Assembly: GCA_030041495.1 (NCBI GenBank)
Contig: JASHNT010000116.1
Location: forward strand, 9,998 to 73,997
Length of the DNA: 64,000 bases
Direction of reading: 5' to 3'
Source of the DNA: Bryobacteraceae bacterium
Lineage (GTDB): Bacteria > Acidobacteriota > Terriglobia > Bryobacterales > Bryobacteraceae
Position 1 is the stretch's first letter, and each line of letters begins with the position of its first letter. The notes under the pieces were generated by a model. It had not been told where the DNA came from and did no database searches. It saw nothing but the letters and a program-made list of their open reading frames with translations. Below are positions 43,332-52,968 of the stretch, in pieces. The position numbers were made by a program, and so were the translations under genes.

Positions 43332-45668
43332 TTGGGCCGACTTCTGATCTTCTGCTCCTTTGTCATAAGGTTAGGGGCGCAAACGTATACTCCCTCCTTG
43401 CCGCCACCACCGCCCGCAAACCCGCTCCTGCCCAGTCCCAACCCTAACCAGGCTGTCGTGCTGCCCCGTCCGGAGGCTCCTTCGGAAGATTACGTGATCA
43501 CCCAGTCCCTGTGCACAGGCGAGCCGATCTGCTCCCAGGAGGACGACGGCGACTGGATCTACCTGCGCGGCCGTCATGAGATCGAGACGACCGACTCCGA
43601 GCTCCGCGCCGATGAGCTGGATTATAACAAGGAAACCGGCTATGTCGAGGCGCGCGGCAAGGTCGAGTACCAGAACTTCGTGACACAGGAGAAGCTGTAC
43701 GCCGACCGCGTGCAATACTACGCGCATCAGGATGAGGAGACGGGAACATTTTACAATGTCTCCGGGTCGGCGCCTTTCCGGGTCGACACTCGGCCCGGGC
43801 TGCTTACCACAACCAATCCTTTCTATTTCCAGGCCAAATGGGCTGAGAAGATTCAGGATGAGTATGTCCTTCACCAAGGCTTTATTACGGATTGCGAACT
43901 GCCGAAGCCGTGGTGGACCATGCGCGGGAACTTGTTCGAGATCTATCCCCGCAATTACGCCATTGCCCACAAATCCTGGTTCTACGTGCGAAGTATCCCT
44001 TTATTTTATCTTCCCATCTTCCGTAAAAGATTGGAGAAACATCCTCGACATAGCGGCATCTTGTTGCCCAGCGGTGGCACCAACACGCTGAAGGGCTACT
44101 TCGTCGACGCCGGTTACTACTGGGCCATCAGCCGCAGCTACGATCTGACGTACGAGGGGACGTACTTCACGGCGGTGGGCCTCCAGCAAGCCGCGGAGTT
44201 TCGTGGGAAAGTCAATGATTTTACGGGATTTGATATTTCGATAAACGGACTCGACAACAAGAGCAACAATCCTTCGATCTCGGCCAGCGGGTTCTATCTA
44301 ACGGCGGACGGGCGGTCTCTCCTGGGGGATGGCTGGGACGCCCACGGCCATCTGGACCTGCTCTCCTCTTTTGCGTATCGCTCCGAGTTCTCCCTAACCA
44401 TCAACGAGGCGGTGTTCACGCAGAGCGATTCGGTGGGGTTCATCGACAAGCATTGGTCCGATTACGGGATCACCTTCGCGGCGGATCGCGACGTAAACTT
44501 TTTGAGCGTGACTGGGGGCAATTCCGTCGAGATCCGCAAGCTGCCGGAAGCAGATTTCATGGTGCGCGAACACCAGCTTCTGGGGCTGCCCCTGTGGTTT
44601 TCGCTCGATTCCTCCACCGGCACCATGTTCCGGACTGAACCAGATTTTACGACCCGCCAGTTTGTGCCCCGCACCAATCTGGAGCCGGGCTTGACCGGCT
44701 CTCTGAACTTCGGGGGCATTTACATTCAGCCCAGCTTTGCGGTTCACGAAACCTTCTACGGCTCCAGCTTCAGCCCCATAGGGCTCTCCTCCGGTACGGA
44801 AATGGTGACCGGGGCGAATATCTGGCGCAACGCTGAGGACGCGACGGTCAACATCGTGCTGCCTTCATTCGAACGGGTCTTCGACCATGTGCCTTCCTGG
44901 ATGGGCCAGAAGGTCAAGCACGTGATCGAGCCGCGGATCACCTACCACTACGTGACCGGCGTTGACAACTTCAACGACATCGTCCGCTTCGACCAGACCG
45001 AACTGCTCTCCGACACCAATCAGGTCGAGTTTTCGATCGCCAACCGGCTGCTGGCTAAGGATAAGAACGGTACGGTGACGGACCTTCTCACGTGGCAACT
45101 GTTCTACGACCGCTATTTCAATCCCACCTTCGGGGGCGCGGTGGTGGCGGGGCAACCCAACCTGGTGGAGAGCATTGCGGATCTGACCGGCTACACCTTC
45201 CTCGACGGACCGCGGCACCAATCGCCGGTGGTGAGTGCCTTGCGCTTGCAAACCAAGGTGAGCTTCGACTACCGTACCGAATGGGACCCGGTGCGGCACG
45301 AGTGGGTAGAAACGGGAATCACCGCGGGCTACCGTGTCCAGAATTGGGGTTTTAACCTGGGTGAGACTCGCGTTCGCACCGACCCCATCCTGCTGGCCAA
45401 CACCGATCAATTGCGCGCGCAGATTACTTACGGCAATCAGAACAAGCGCGGTTTAAGTTACTCCGCCAGCGTGTTTTACGATGTAAATCTAGACGTGATG
45501 GAATACATGGCCGCGCAAGTCAGCTACAACACGGATTGTTGCGGCGTCACCGTGCAATACCGGCGGTTTGCATTTGGTACCCGGGATGAGCACCAGATGC
45601 TGTTCAGCTTCAGCATTTCCAACATTGGGTCGGTAGGCACTCTGGCCCGGCAACAGCGGATGTTTTAG
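43332..45668 (+). CDS. lptD: LPS-assembly protein LptD (OstA family)
   Basis: The frame is open from 43053. A signal-like segment (GRLLIFCSFVIRLGAQT) follows a possible TTG at 43332. The OstA_N-like region is IYLRGRHEIETTDSELRADELDYNKETGYVEARGKVEY, followed by a large beta-barrel. The start is uncertain. Confidence 0.75.
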   Translation: MGRLLIFCSFVIRLGAQTYTPSLPPPPPANPLLPSPNPNQAVVLPRPEAPSEDYVITQSLCTGEPICSQEDDGDWIYLRGRHEIETTDSELRADELDYNKETGYVEARGKVEYQNFVTQEKLYADRVQYYAHQDEETGTFYNVSGSAPFRVDTRPGLLTTTNPFYFQAKWAEKIQDEYVLHQGFITDCELPKPWWTMRGNLFEIYPRNYAIAHKSWFYVRSIPLFYLPIFRKRLEKHPRHSGILLPSGGTNTLKGYFVDAGYYWAISRSYDLTYEGTYFTAVGLQQAAEFRGKVNDFTGFDISINGLDNKSNNPSISASGFYLTADGRSLLGDGWDAHGHLDLLSSFAYRSEFSLTINEAVFTQSDSVGFIDKHWSDYGITFAADRDVNFLSVTGGNSVEIRKLPEADFMVREHQLLGLPLWFSLDSSTGTMFRTEPDFTTRQFVPRTNLEPGLTGSLNFGGIYIQPSFAVHETFYGSSFSPIGLSSGTEMVTGANIWRNAEDATVNIVLPSFERVFDHVPSWMGQKVKHVIEPRITYHYVTGVDNFNDIVRFDQTELLSDTNQVEFSIANRLLAKDKNGTVTDLLTWQLFYDRYFNPTFGGAVVAGQPNLVESIADLTGYTFLDGPRHQSPVVSALRLQTKVSFDYRTEWDPVRHEWVETGITAGYRVQNWGFNLGETRVRTDPILLANTDQLRAQITYGNQNKRGLSYSASVFYDVNLDVMEYMAAQVSYNTDCCGVTVQYRRFAFGTRDEHQMLFSFSISNIGSVGTLARQQRMF

Positions 45669-45712
45669 ACCCGGCAGCCGCTGCTACACTAAAGATCGCA
45701 CGCTGTTCACGC

Positions 45713-46930
45713 ATGCTGCACGTCCAAAACGTTTCGAAGCTCTACCGTTTGTATCGCCGCCCGGCGGACCGCCTCACGGAGCTGTTGCCCGTCGTCAAAC
45801 ACCACCCCCCGTCGGAGTTTTGGGCCCTGCGGGACGTTAATTTGACGGTTGAGCCGGGAGAAGTGTTGGGTGTGGTGGGCCCCAACGGCTCCGGAAAAAG
45901 TACGCTGTTGCAGATTGTCAGCGGAATCCTGGAGCCCACGCGCGGGAGGGTCATCGCGAAGGGCCGCATTGCGGCCTTGCTCGAGCTCGGGGCAGGCTTC
46001 AATCCCGAATTCACCGGCCGCGAAAATGTTTTTCTCAATGGCGAGATTCTGGGCATTCCGCGGCGCGAAATGGAGCGCGTGTTTCCCGCCATTGCCCGCT
46101 TCGCCGAGATCGGCTCCTTCATGGAGCGCCCGGTGAAGGAGTATTCGAGCGGCATGTACGTGCGCCTGGCGTTCTCCACCGCGATCCATGTCGATCCGGA
46201 GATTCTGATTGTCGATGAGGCGCTGGCGGTCGGCGACGCCATCTTCGCCAACCGCTGCATCAAGAAATTCGAGGAACTGAAGGAACGCAAAGTCACCACG
46301 CTGTTTGTGTCCCACGACCTTGGCCTCGTGAAGCGGCTCTCGGACCGGGCCGCTCTGATGCTCGACGGCCGTGTAGTGGCGTACGGCGCGCCCAGCGAGG
46401 TGGTGAACCGGTACGTCGGGCTGGTGCTGGAGCGCCAGGGACAAGGCGAAAAAGTGGAAGCGACTCCCGGAGGGACTTTCCGGCATGGCGATGGCGCCAG
46501 CCGCGTCCAGGAAGCCGATCTGCGCGATGCATCCGGCGCTTCGGTTCGCGCTCTGGAGCCTGGAACTCCGGTCACGATTTACGTGCGCGCGCGGGCCGTA
46601 AAGCTTCTCGAGAACCCGGTGGTAGGGGTCCTGATCCGCAACCGGCTCGGCATCGATGTGTTTGGAACCAATACCCGCATTGAGGGTGTCGAGCTCGGCG
46701 AGGTCGCGGCGGGCGAGATTTTCGAAGTCGAGTTCACCTTCGATTGTTTGCTGACGCGCCAGGATTACACGCTGACGGTCGCCACGCAGTACGTCGAAGG
46801 TTACAGCCAGGACTGGCTGGATGACGCGCTTTCTTTCACTGTGGCCGATTCGCGGGACGTCGCCGGTCTCGCCAATTTCAAGACCAAGGTGGCGTGGCGC
46901 AAAGTGGAATATGAGCACTCAAACCGTTAG
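45713..46930 (+). CDS. polysaccharide/O-antigen ABC exporter ATP-binding protein (Wzt/TagH type with a C-terminal Wzt_C-like domain)
   Basis: 405 aa. FWALRDVNL, Walker A GPNGSGKST, ELGAGFNPEFTGRENV, signature YSSGM, Walker B ILIVDEAL. About 160 extra C-terminal residues. Confidence 0.85.
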   Translation: MLHVQNVSKLYRLYRRPADRLTELLPVVKHHPPSEFWALRDVNLTVEPGEVLGVVGPNGSGKSTLLQIVSGILEPTRGRVIAKGRIAALLELGAGFNPEFTGRENVFLNGEILGIPRREMERVFPAIARFAEIGSFMERPVKEYSSGMYVRLAFSTAIHVDPEILIVDEALAVGDAIFANRCIKKFEELKERKVTTLFVSHDLGLVKRLSDRAALMLDGRVVAYGAPSEVVNRYVGLVLERQGQGEKVEATPGGTFRHGDGASRVQEADLRDASGASVRALEPGTPVTIYVRARAVKLLENPVVGVLIRNRLGIDVFGTNTRIEGVELGEVAAGEIFEVEFTFDCLLTRQDYTLTVATQYVEGYSQDWLDDALSFTVADSRDVAGLANFKTKVAWRKVEYEHSNR

Positions 46931-48101
46931 TTCGAGGATCGCGGAGATCCAAGCCGCCTTGCGCGAGGAAAAGCTGGACGGGTGGCTGTTCTTCGACCAT
47001 CATCATCGCGACCCTCTGGCGTATCGGGTTCTGCAATTTACTCCCGGTTCGATGGTGACGCGGCGCTGGTTCTATTTCATCCCGGCGCACGGCGAACCGC
47101 GCGGACTGGCGCACAAAATCGAAGCGCAAACACTCGCGCCACTGCCGGGCGAGCATTCGCTCTACGCCGGATGGAAGGAGTTGATGGACGGGTTGGCGCG
47201 CATGCTGGCTGGCGCTAAAAAAGTGGCGATGCAGTATTCGCCCAATTGCCGGGTTCCGTATGTCGCGATGGTCGATGCGGGAACGGTTGAGTCGATTCGC
47301 GGGCTCGGCGTTGAAGTGGTAACATCCGCGAATCTGATTCAGCAGTTTGAATCGCGCTGGACGGCGGAGCAGCTTGAATCGCACCTGGAAGCAGGACGCC
47401 GGGTGGATCGCATCCGGGGGCAGGCTTTCGCGCGCATCTCCGACGCGGTTCGCGCGGGCTCGCGAGTCACCGAATGGGAGATGCAGCAGTTCATTTTGAC
47501 CCGCTTCCGGGAAGACGGCCTTACCACGGACCACGGTCCGGATGTCGCCATTAACGCCAACGCGTCCAATCCGCATTACGATCCGCGTCAGGACGCTTGT
47601 TCGGAGATCCGCTCGGGTGACCTGGTGTTGATCGACATGTGGGCCAAGCTGAATGAGCCGGGCGCGGTCTATTACGACATCACCTGGACCGGCTTCTGCG
47701 GTCCGGCTGTGCCCTCGGATGTCCAGAACGTTTTCAGCATTGTTCGTGATGCTCGGGACAAGGCGATCCAGCGCGTTACCGAGGCCGTGGCCGGCAAACG
47801 CGAATTGAGCGGATTCGAGGTCGACGAGGCCGCGCGGGATCATATTCGGCAGGCCGGTTACGCCGAATATTTCTTCCATCGCACGGGACATTCGATCGGC
47901 GAAGAGGTGCACGGCACCGGCGCGAACATGGACAACCTGGAAACCCATGACGAGCGTCGCGTCATCCCCTGGACCTGTTTTTCGATCGAGCCGGGAATTT
48001 ATCTGACGAAGTTCGGGATCCGCAGCGAAGTGAACGTGTTCGTGGACGATAACAGCGCCCGCGTGACCGGAGAAATCCAAGACGCTATACTCAGACTATG
48101 A
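46911..48101 (+). CDS. M24 family metallopeptidase (Xaa-Pro aminopeptidase-like)
   Basis: ORF 46821..48101. The ATG at 46911 gives MSTQTVSSRIAEIQAALREEKLDGWLF. Motifs: DMWA, YYDITWT, HRTGHSIG, FSIEPG. Confidence 0.85.
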   Translation: MSTQTVSSRIAEIQAALREEKLDGWLFFDHHHRDPLAYRVLQFTPGSMVTRRWFYFIPAHGEPRGLAHKIEAQTLAPLPGEHSLYAGWKELMDGLARMLAGAKKVAMQYSPNCRVPYVAMVDAGTVESIRGLGVEVVTSANLIQQFESRWTAEQLESHLEAGRRVDRIRGQAFARISDAVRAGSRVTEWEMQQFILTRFREDGLTTDHGPDVAINANASNPHYDPRQDACSEIRSGDLVLIDMWAKLNEPGAVYYDITWTGFCGPAVPSDVQNVFSIVRDARDKAIQRVTEAVAGKRELSGFEVDEAARDHIRQAGYAEYFFHRTGHSIGEEVHGTGANMDNLETHDERRVIPWTCFSIEPGIYLTKFGIRSEVNVFVDDNSARVTGEIQDAILRL

Positions 48102-48874
48102 AGTTAGTCAGTCTGGCGGCCGTGGTGTTTGCGGGCGTCGCGGCTGCGCAGACGGTCAACTCCCGGGACTGCCTGGCGGACAAGCTCCTGTCAGCTCAGC
48201 CGGACTCAATCATCGTCAATTTCAACCAGAAGATTATCCGGATTCTGGTCACTCCGGAGACCGAGATCTGGCGTCGTGGAGTGGATCTCAAAAGCACATC
48301 CGAGCTCGTCATCGGCGACAACATCTATGTCAGATGCGCGGAAACGCCCGCGCCCGATGGCACGCCCATCGCCACTATCGTCGCGGCGGTGCAAAAGGAT
48401 AGTGGCGCCGACCTCAGGCCGCATGACATCCGCGAGATCCGGAGTTGCACTGGGCATCTGATTCAAATCGCGGCCGATAGCATCGCCGTCAAGAATGACA
48501 AGGGCATCTGCACCGTTCGCTTCACACCGGCAGCCGAGGTCTGGCGTGGGGACACTTACCGCGATACCAGCGCGCTCAAAATCGGTGACCATATCTCCTC
48601 CCGAGCTTTCCTCTCCTACCCCAGCGGCGATCTCATTGCGGACGAAATATGGGCCAATGTCACCAAGGCCGAAGGCGAGATTGTCTCCGTCAAGCCCGAT
48701 CGCATCGTGGTCAAGGAGGATCGATTCGGCCGCGTCACGGTCCTCATCGACAACCGCACTAAGTGCGAACAGTGCTCCGCTGCGGCGTTAAAGAAAGGCG
48801 ACTACGTCCTGGCCACCGGTCTTGAACTCACCAAGGACAGCTTCCGCGCCGGCTATATCACGCTCGAACAATAG
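48098..48874 (+). CDS. secreted protein with three internal repeats of about 65 aa (DUF5666-like)
   Basis: 258 aa. The start overlaps the peptidase stop (ATGA). Signal peptide, then repeats: SIIVNFNQKIIRILVTPETEIWRRG..LVIGDNIYV / SIAVKNDKGICTVRFTPAAEVWRGD..LKIGDHISS / GEIVSVKPDRIVVKE..VLIDNRTKC..LKKGDYVLA. Confidence 0.6.
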   Translation: MKLVSLAAVVFAGVAAAQTVNSRDCLADKLLSAQPDSIIVNFNQKIIRILVTPETEIWRRGVDLKSTSELVIGDNIYVRCAETPAPDGTPIATIVAAVQKDSGADLRPHDIREIRSCTGHLIQIAADSIAVKNDKGICTVRFTPAAEVWRGDTYRDTSALKIGDHISSRAFLSYPSGDLIADEIWANVTKAEGEIVSVKPDRIVVKEDRFGRVTVLIDNRTKCEQCSAAALKKGDYVLATGLELTKDSFRAGYITLEQ

Positions 48875-48876
48875 CG

Positions 48877-49590
48877 CTACGCCGCACGCAGCAGCACCAC
48901 CGTGATGTTGTCCGGGCCGCCGTGCTCCTTGGCTGTGGCGATCAAGGCCTCGCACTTCGATTCGAGCGACCCGCCGTTGTTGAGCACGCGCCGCATGTCT
49001 TCTTCGGGCGCGACGCCGTGCAGCCCGTCGCTGCACAGCAACAGCATGGTGCCGGGAGCGGGCTTGACCAGGTAAGTCAACACGCGCAACTGTTCGGAGA
49101 CTCCGATGGCCATGGTCAAGACGTGACGCATGGGATGATTCTTGAGGATTTCCTCTTCGATCCCCAGCCGCCGCCCGACCTCATTGACCCAGGTTTGGTC
49201 TTCGGTGATGGCCCGGAGCTGGCCGTTGTCGAACAGGTAGGCGCGGCTATCGCCCACGCTGGCGATCCACAGCTCGCCGTCTTTGGCGAGCACGGCCACC
49301 ATGGTCGTACCCATGCCTTCGAGCGAGGGGTCACCGGCGGCGGCCTCCATGACCCGCTGGTTGGCCTGGCGGAACGCCTGCACCAGCATTTGCGCGCCGC
49401 CGTCGGAACCCTTGTGGTGGACCTCGTCCCACAGAGTCTCGGTAGCGAGCTTGGACGCATGTTCGCCTGCCTGCGCGCCTCCCATCCCATCGGCGACCAC
49501 ATAAAGGCCGATGGACGGCGCGATCAGGTAGTAATCCTCGTTGTTGGCGCGGACGCACCCGGGATCGGAAGCGCCAAAGGCTTCGAGCAT
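48877..49590 (-). CDS. PP2C-family Ser/Thr protein phosphatase
   Basis: 237 aa. RANNEDYY, VADGMGG, SVGDSR, LLCSDGL, GGPDNITVV. Confidence 0.9.
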   Translation of the reverse strand: MLEAFGASDPGCVRANNEDYYLIAPSIGLYVVADGMGGAQAGEHASKLATETLWDEVHHKGSDGGAQMLVQAFRQANQRVMEAAAGDPSLEGMGTTMVAVLAKDGELWIASVGDSRAYLFDNGQLRAITEDQTWVNEVGRRLGIEEEILKNHPMRHVLTMAIGVSEQLRVLTYLVKPAPGTMLLLCSDGLHGVAPEEDMRRVLNNGGSLESKCEALIATAKEHGGPDNITVVLLRAA

Positions 49591-49704
49591 GCGCCCTTCG
49601 ATTATACAGGGTTCGGCTAGAACGTTACCGGCTTGGACCCGGAGCGCAAGCGCCTACCGGCATATGCACGGATGAGCCCGTTCATTCGTCTTACGATCTT
49701 TATA

Positions 49705-52506
49705 ATGGCGCGTATTTTTTCCCGAGCCGGGCCCTGGTTGCTCGCGCTTTCCGTTCCACTGGCGGCCCAGACCGCCGAGCCGTTGGCGCTGTATCAATCG
49801 ACCTATGAGCTTAAGCCCGGCGAGGCCACGCTGGTTTCCGCGGCACCTGAAACCATCGCGTTCATCAACACCGCAGCCAGCCGCAAGCTGACCATTCAAG
49901 GCGTGAAGGCCGATGGCCTGGTGATCTCGCCCAGCCGCGACGGAACCGGCCTGGTGCTGGGCGCGTCGCTGCTCACTAAGCCTGGCGCTTATAACGTTCA
50001 ACTCTCGGCCACTGGCGTAACGGGTGACCGCACCACATCGATGAACATAGTCGTTGATGCCCTGACCACGGTACCCAACTCCGCCACCCGTCCTCCGGTA
50101 GTTTTGCTGAATGGCTGGGAGACCGGGTTCACGAATTCGTGTCCAGTGTCCACCAGTTCTTCAGAGACGTTCGGAAATCTGGCGCAATATCTAGTCTCGG
50201 ACGGCGCGCCGGTGGTCTATCTGTTCGATAACTGCCTGGAGGGCCCGAATGACACTGTGGAAACGCTGGCGGGAGATTTAGGAACATTCCTCAATTCCAT
50301 TACTTACGCTGACGGCACGCAGGTTCCTCAAATCGACCTTGTGGCGCACAGCATGGGTGGGTTGATCGTGCGCGCCTACCTCGCCGGGCTTCAACCGGAC
50401 GAGACCTTCCAGCCTCCCACGCCCACCTTGGTTCGGGACGTGGTGATGATTGCCGTGCCGAATTTTGGCTCCTATGTGGCCGGGAACTACTCGATCGCAA
50501 TTGCGCCCGGAACGCAGAGCGGGGAACTGATTCCGGGAAGTTCCTTTCTCTGGAACCTGGCGAACTGGAACCAGCATGAGGACGACATGCGCGGAGTCAA
50601 CGCGATTGCCATTATTGGCAACGCCGGGGTGTGGAGCGCGGGAGCAACGTCCTCGACCGGGCTGGCCAACGCGGGCGACGGCATCGTTTCTTTGACCAGC
50701 GCGTCGCTCAGCTTTGTTCTGCAAGGCTCCTCGATCACGCGCATCGTGCCATATTGCCATGTCGATCCGTCGGCGTTCACCAACACGAATTTCGGAACGT
50801 TTGCCTGTAACGCGCCGGGCATCGCGAACGTGACCAGCACGTCGCATCCGACCGGGCAGATCGTTCGCTCCTTTCTGGCGGGCACTTCGAGTTGGCAGTC
50901 GATCGGAGGCACCCCGGCCACCGATCCTTACCTTTCGAAAGACGGCGGCATGTATTTCGCGCTGGTGAACGAGCAGAACCAATTCGCCTCCGATGTGACC
51001 GGGGTGCAATGGGGCACCGTGCAGTTCCTAAGCGGCGGCGATACCGGCACGGTCTTCTACGACGACTTCATTAGCGGCTCCGGCATTCTGGAAGCAACCA
51101 GCAGCTCGCTTGGGACGGTGGACTGCGGAACGCAGGCCGAGCCGGTCGGGTATTTCTCCACGGCGCGCTGCAAAATCGATGCGACGATTTTTTCCATTGG
51201 CCCCGCGGTAACCGGCCCGGCCCTGATCGTGGATTCCGGCGCGAACATTACCATCAAGGGCTACATGTTCGGCAACGCCCAGTGCTCAGGCTGCCAGGTT
51301 CAGGCGACTGCTGCGGGATCCACCACCGCGACGAACCTGCCAGTATCCTCCTGGACCAATACGTCCATCACCGCGGCCTTGCCATCGAGTTACAGCGGGC
51401 TGGTGACCATTTCCGTGCTGACGGCGACCGGGGTAGACGCGATGAACATCATGACCGTACCGGCGTCGTCCAGCGGCAGCGGGCAGCCGGCGCTGTCGGT
51501 GAGCCCGGCCACGCTCTCTTTCAGCTACGCCTACGGCGGCTCGGGGCCGGCCGCGCAGACGGTATCGATCGGCAACTCGGGTTCGGGCACGCTTTCCTGG
51601 ACCGCTTCGGATAGCGACGATTGGATTGCCTTGTCGGCCGCCTCGGGCACCGGCGCCGCGACGCTTTCGATTACAGCGAATCCGGCCAATTTCGCCCCTG
51701 GAACGTACACCAGCACCGTGACCATCGCGGCCTCAGGCGCCAGCGGCAGCCCCGCGACGGTCACTCTGACTCTGGTAGTCAGCGGAACGCCGCCGGTTCC
51801 GGTGATCGCGGGCGTCGCCAATACAGGAGACTATCAGGCGGCGTTTGCCACCGCCACCTGGCTCGCGATCTTCGGAAGCAATCTTTCGCAAACCACGGCG
51901 ACCTGGAGCGCGAGTAACTTCGTCAACGGCGCGCTGCCCACTTCGCTCGACGGAGTTTCCGTGACCATCGACGGTGTGCCGGCTTACGTCGAATTCATCA
52001 GCCCGGGGCAGATCAACGTGCTTGCGCCGGACGACGCGATGACAGGCCAGGTCGAGATTCAGGTGACCACGGCGGGTCAGGCGAGCAATAGCGTCAGTAA
52101 CCCCAAGCAGGCTTTTGCTCCCGCGTTTTTCACTATCGACAACGGAGCTTACGTAACAGCGGTTCACCTCGACGGCACACTGGTGGGCCAGACCGGCCTG
52201 CTTGCAGGAGTGACCACCACGCCTGCTGCCGCCGGTGAAACCATCGAGGTGTACGGCACCGGCTTCGGCCCCACCAATCCCGCCACTCCGACGGGTAATT
52301 TGGTCACGACCCCCGCGAGCCTCGCCAATACCGTTCAGATCACGATTGGCGGAATGACGGCCAATGTGATCTTCGCGGGATTGGTTTCGCCGGGACTCTA
52401 CCAGTTCAACGTCGTGGTTCCAAATCTATCCGGCGGCGATGCACCCATCGCGGCTTCGATCGGCGGGGTCCAAAGTCAGAACGGCGTTGCGATAACGATT
52501 CAGTAA
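49705..52506 (+). CDS. secreted multidomain protein: alpha/beta-hydrolase (lipase/PGAP1-like, GxSxG = HSMGG), Ig-like/IPT modules and a C-terminal TIGR03437-type Soli_cterm domain
   Basis: ORF 49633..52506. The ATG at 49705 gives MARIFSRAGPWLLALSVPLAAQT. Also DLVAHSMGGLIVRAY. The C-terminus is ...LDGVSVTIDGVPAYVEFISPGQINVLAP...GTGFGPT...ITIGGMTANVIFAGLVSPGLYQFNVVVPN. Confidence 0.8.
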   Translation: MARIFSRAGPWLLALSVPLAAQTAEPLALYQSTYELKPGEATLVSAAPETIAFINTAASRKLTIQGVKADGLVISPSRDGTGLVLGASLLTKPGAYNVQLSATGVTGDRTTSMNIVVDALTTVPNSATRPPVVLLNGWETGFTNSCPVSTSSSETFGNLAQYLVSDGAPVVYLFDNCLEGPNDTVETLAGDLGTFLNSITYADGTQVPQIDLVAHSMGGLIVRAYLAGLQPDETFQPPTPTLVRDVVMIAVPNFGSYVAGNYSIAIAPGTQSGELIPGSSFLWNLANWNQHEDDMRGVNAIAIIGNAGVWSAGATSSTGLANAGDGIVSLTSASLSFVLQGSSITRIVPYCHVDPSAFTNTNFGTFACNAPGIANVTSTSHPTGQIVRSFLAGTSSWQSIGGTPATDPYLSKDGGMYFALVNEQNQFASDVTGVQWGTVQFLSGGDTGTVFYDDFISGSGILEATSSSLGTVDCGTQAEPVGYFSTARCKIDATIFSIGPAVTGPALIVDSGANITIKGYMFGNAQCSGCQVQATAAGSTTATNLPVSSWTNTSITAALPSSYSGLVTISVLTATGVDAMNIMTVPASSSGSGQPALSVSPATLSFSYAYGGSGPAAQTVSIGNSGSGTLSWTASDSDDWIALSAASGTGAATLSITANPANFAPGTYTSTVTIAASGASGSPATVTLTLVVSGTPPVPVIAGVANTGDYQAAFATATWLAIFGSNLSQTTATWSASNFVNGALPTSLDGVSVTIDGVPAYVEFISPGQINVLAPDDAMTGQVEIQVTTAGQASNSVSNPKQAFAPAFFTIDNGAYVTAVHLDGTLVGQTGLLAGVTTTPAAAGETIEVYGTGFGPTNPATPTGNLVTTPASLANTVQITIGGMTANVIFAGLVSPGLYQFNVVVPNLSGGDAPIAASIGGVQSQNGVAITIQ

Positions 52507-52533
52507 CCTTCTCCGGGAAGTCCGGTATCCTTT

Positions 52534-52576
52534 ACGAAGATATTCGTTGACTTTACGAATCAGTTCGTAGCATAAT
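52534..52576 (+). promoter_or_regulatory. sigma70-like promoter (TTGACT 52547-52552, 18-nt spacer, CATAAT 52571-52576) overlapped by two dyads, ACGAA-N4-TTCGT (52534-52547) and TACGAA-N4-TTCGTA (52554-52569); candidate BlaI operators
   Basis: Read directly from tttACGAAgataTTCGTTGACTtTACGAAtcagTTCGTAgCATAAT. It lies 9 nt upstream of the blaI-like ATG. Confidence 0.55.
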
Positions 52577-52584
52577 CGTTTGGC

Positions 52585-52968
52585 ATGGAAAAACCGCTCA
52601 AACCCACCGAAGCCGAGCTGGCCATCCTGCGCGTGCTGTGGCAGCGCGGCCCCAGCACGGTGCGCGAAGTCCAAAAAGTGCTCGAAGAAACCAAGAAGAC
52701 CGGTTACACCACGGTGCTCAAGTTCATGCAGATCATGGCGGAAAAAGGCTTGCTAACGCGTGACGAGACGTCTTACGCGCACGTCTATCAGCCCAGCGTG
52801 CCGCGCGAGCAGGTGGAGCGCACGCTGGTGGCGGATCTCCTTAATCGTGCGTTTGAAGGATCGACAAGCCGGCTGCTGTTGCAGGCTCTGGCTTCGAAAC
52901 GAGCGAGCCCGGAAGAGCTGGCGGAAATCCGCAAGATTTTGAAGAAGCACGAAAGAGGTGCGCAATGA
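52585..52968 (+). CDS. BlaI/MecI/CopY family transcriptional repressor
   Basis: 127 aa. AELAILRVLWQRGPSTVREVQ...GYTTVLKFMQIMAEKGLL is the penicillinase-repressor winged helix. Confidence 0.9.
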   Translation: MEKPLKPTEAELAILRVLWQRGPSTVREVQKVLEETKKTGYTTVLKFMQIMAEKGLLTRDETSYAHVYQPSVPREQVERTLVADLLNRAFEGSTSRLLLQALASKRASPEELAEIRKILKKHERGAQ

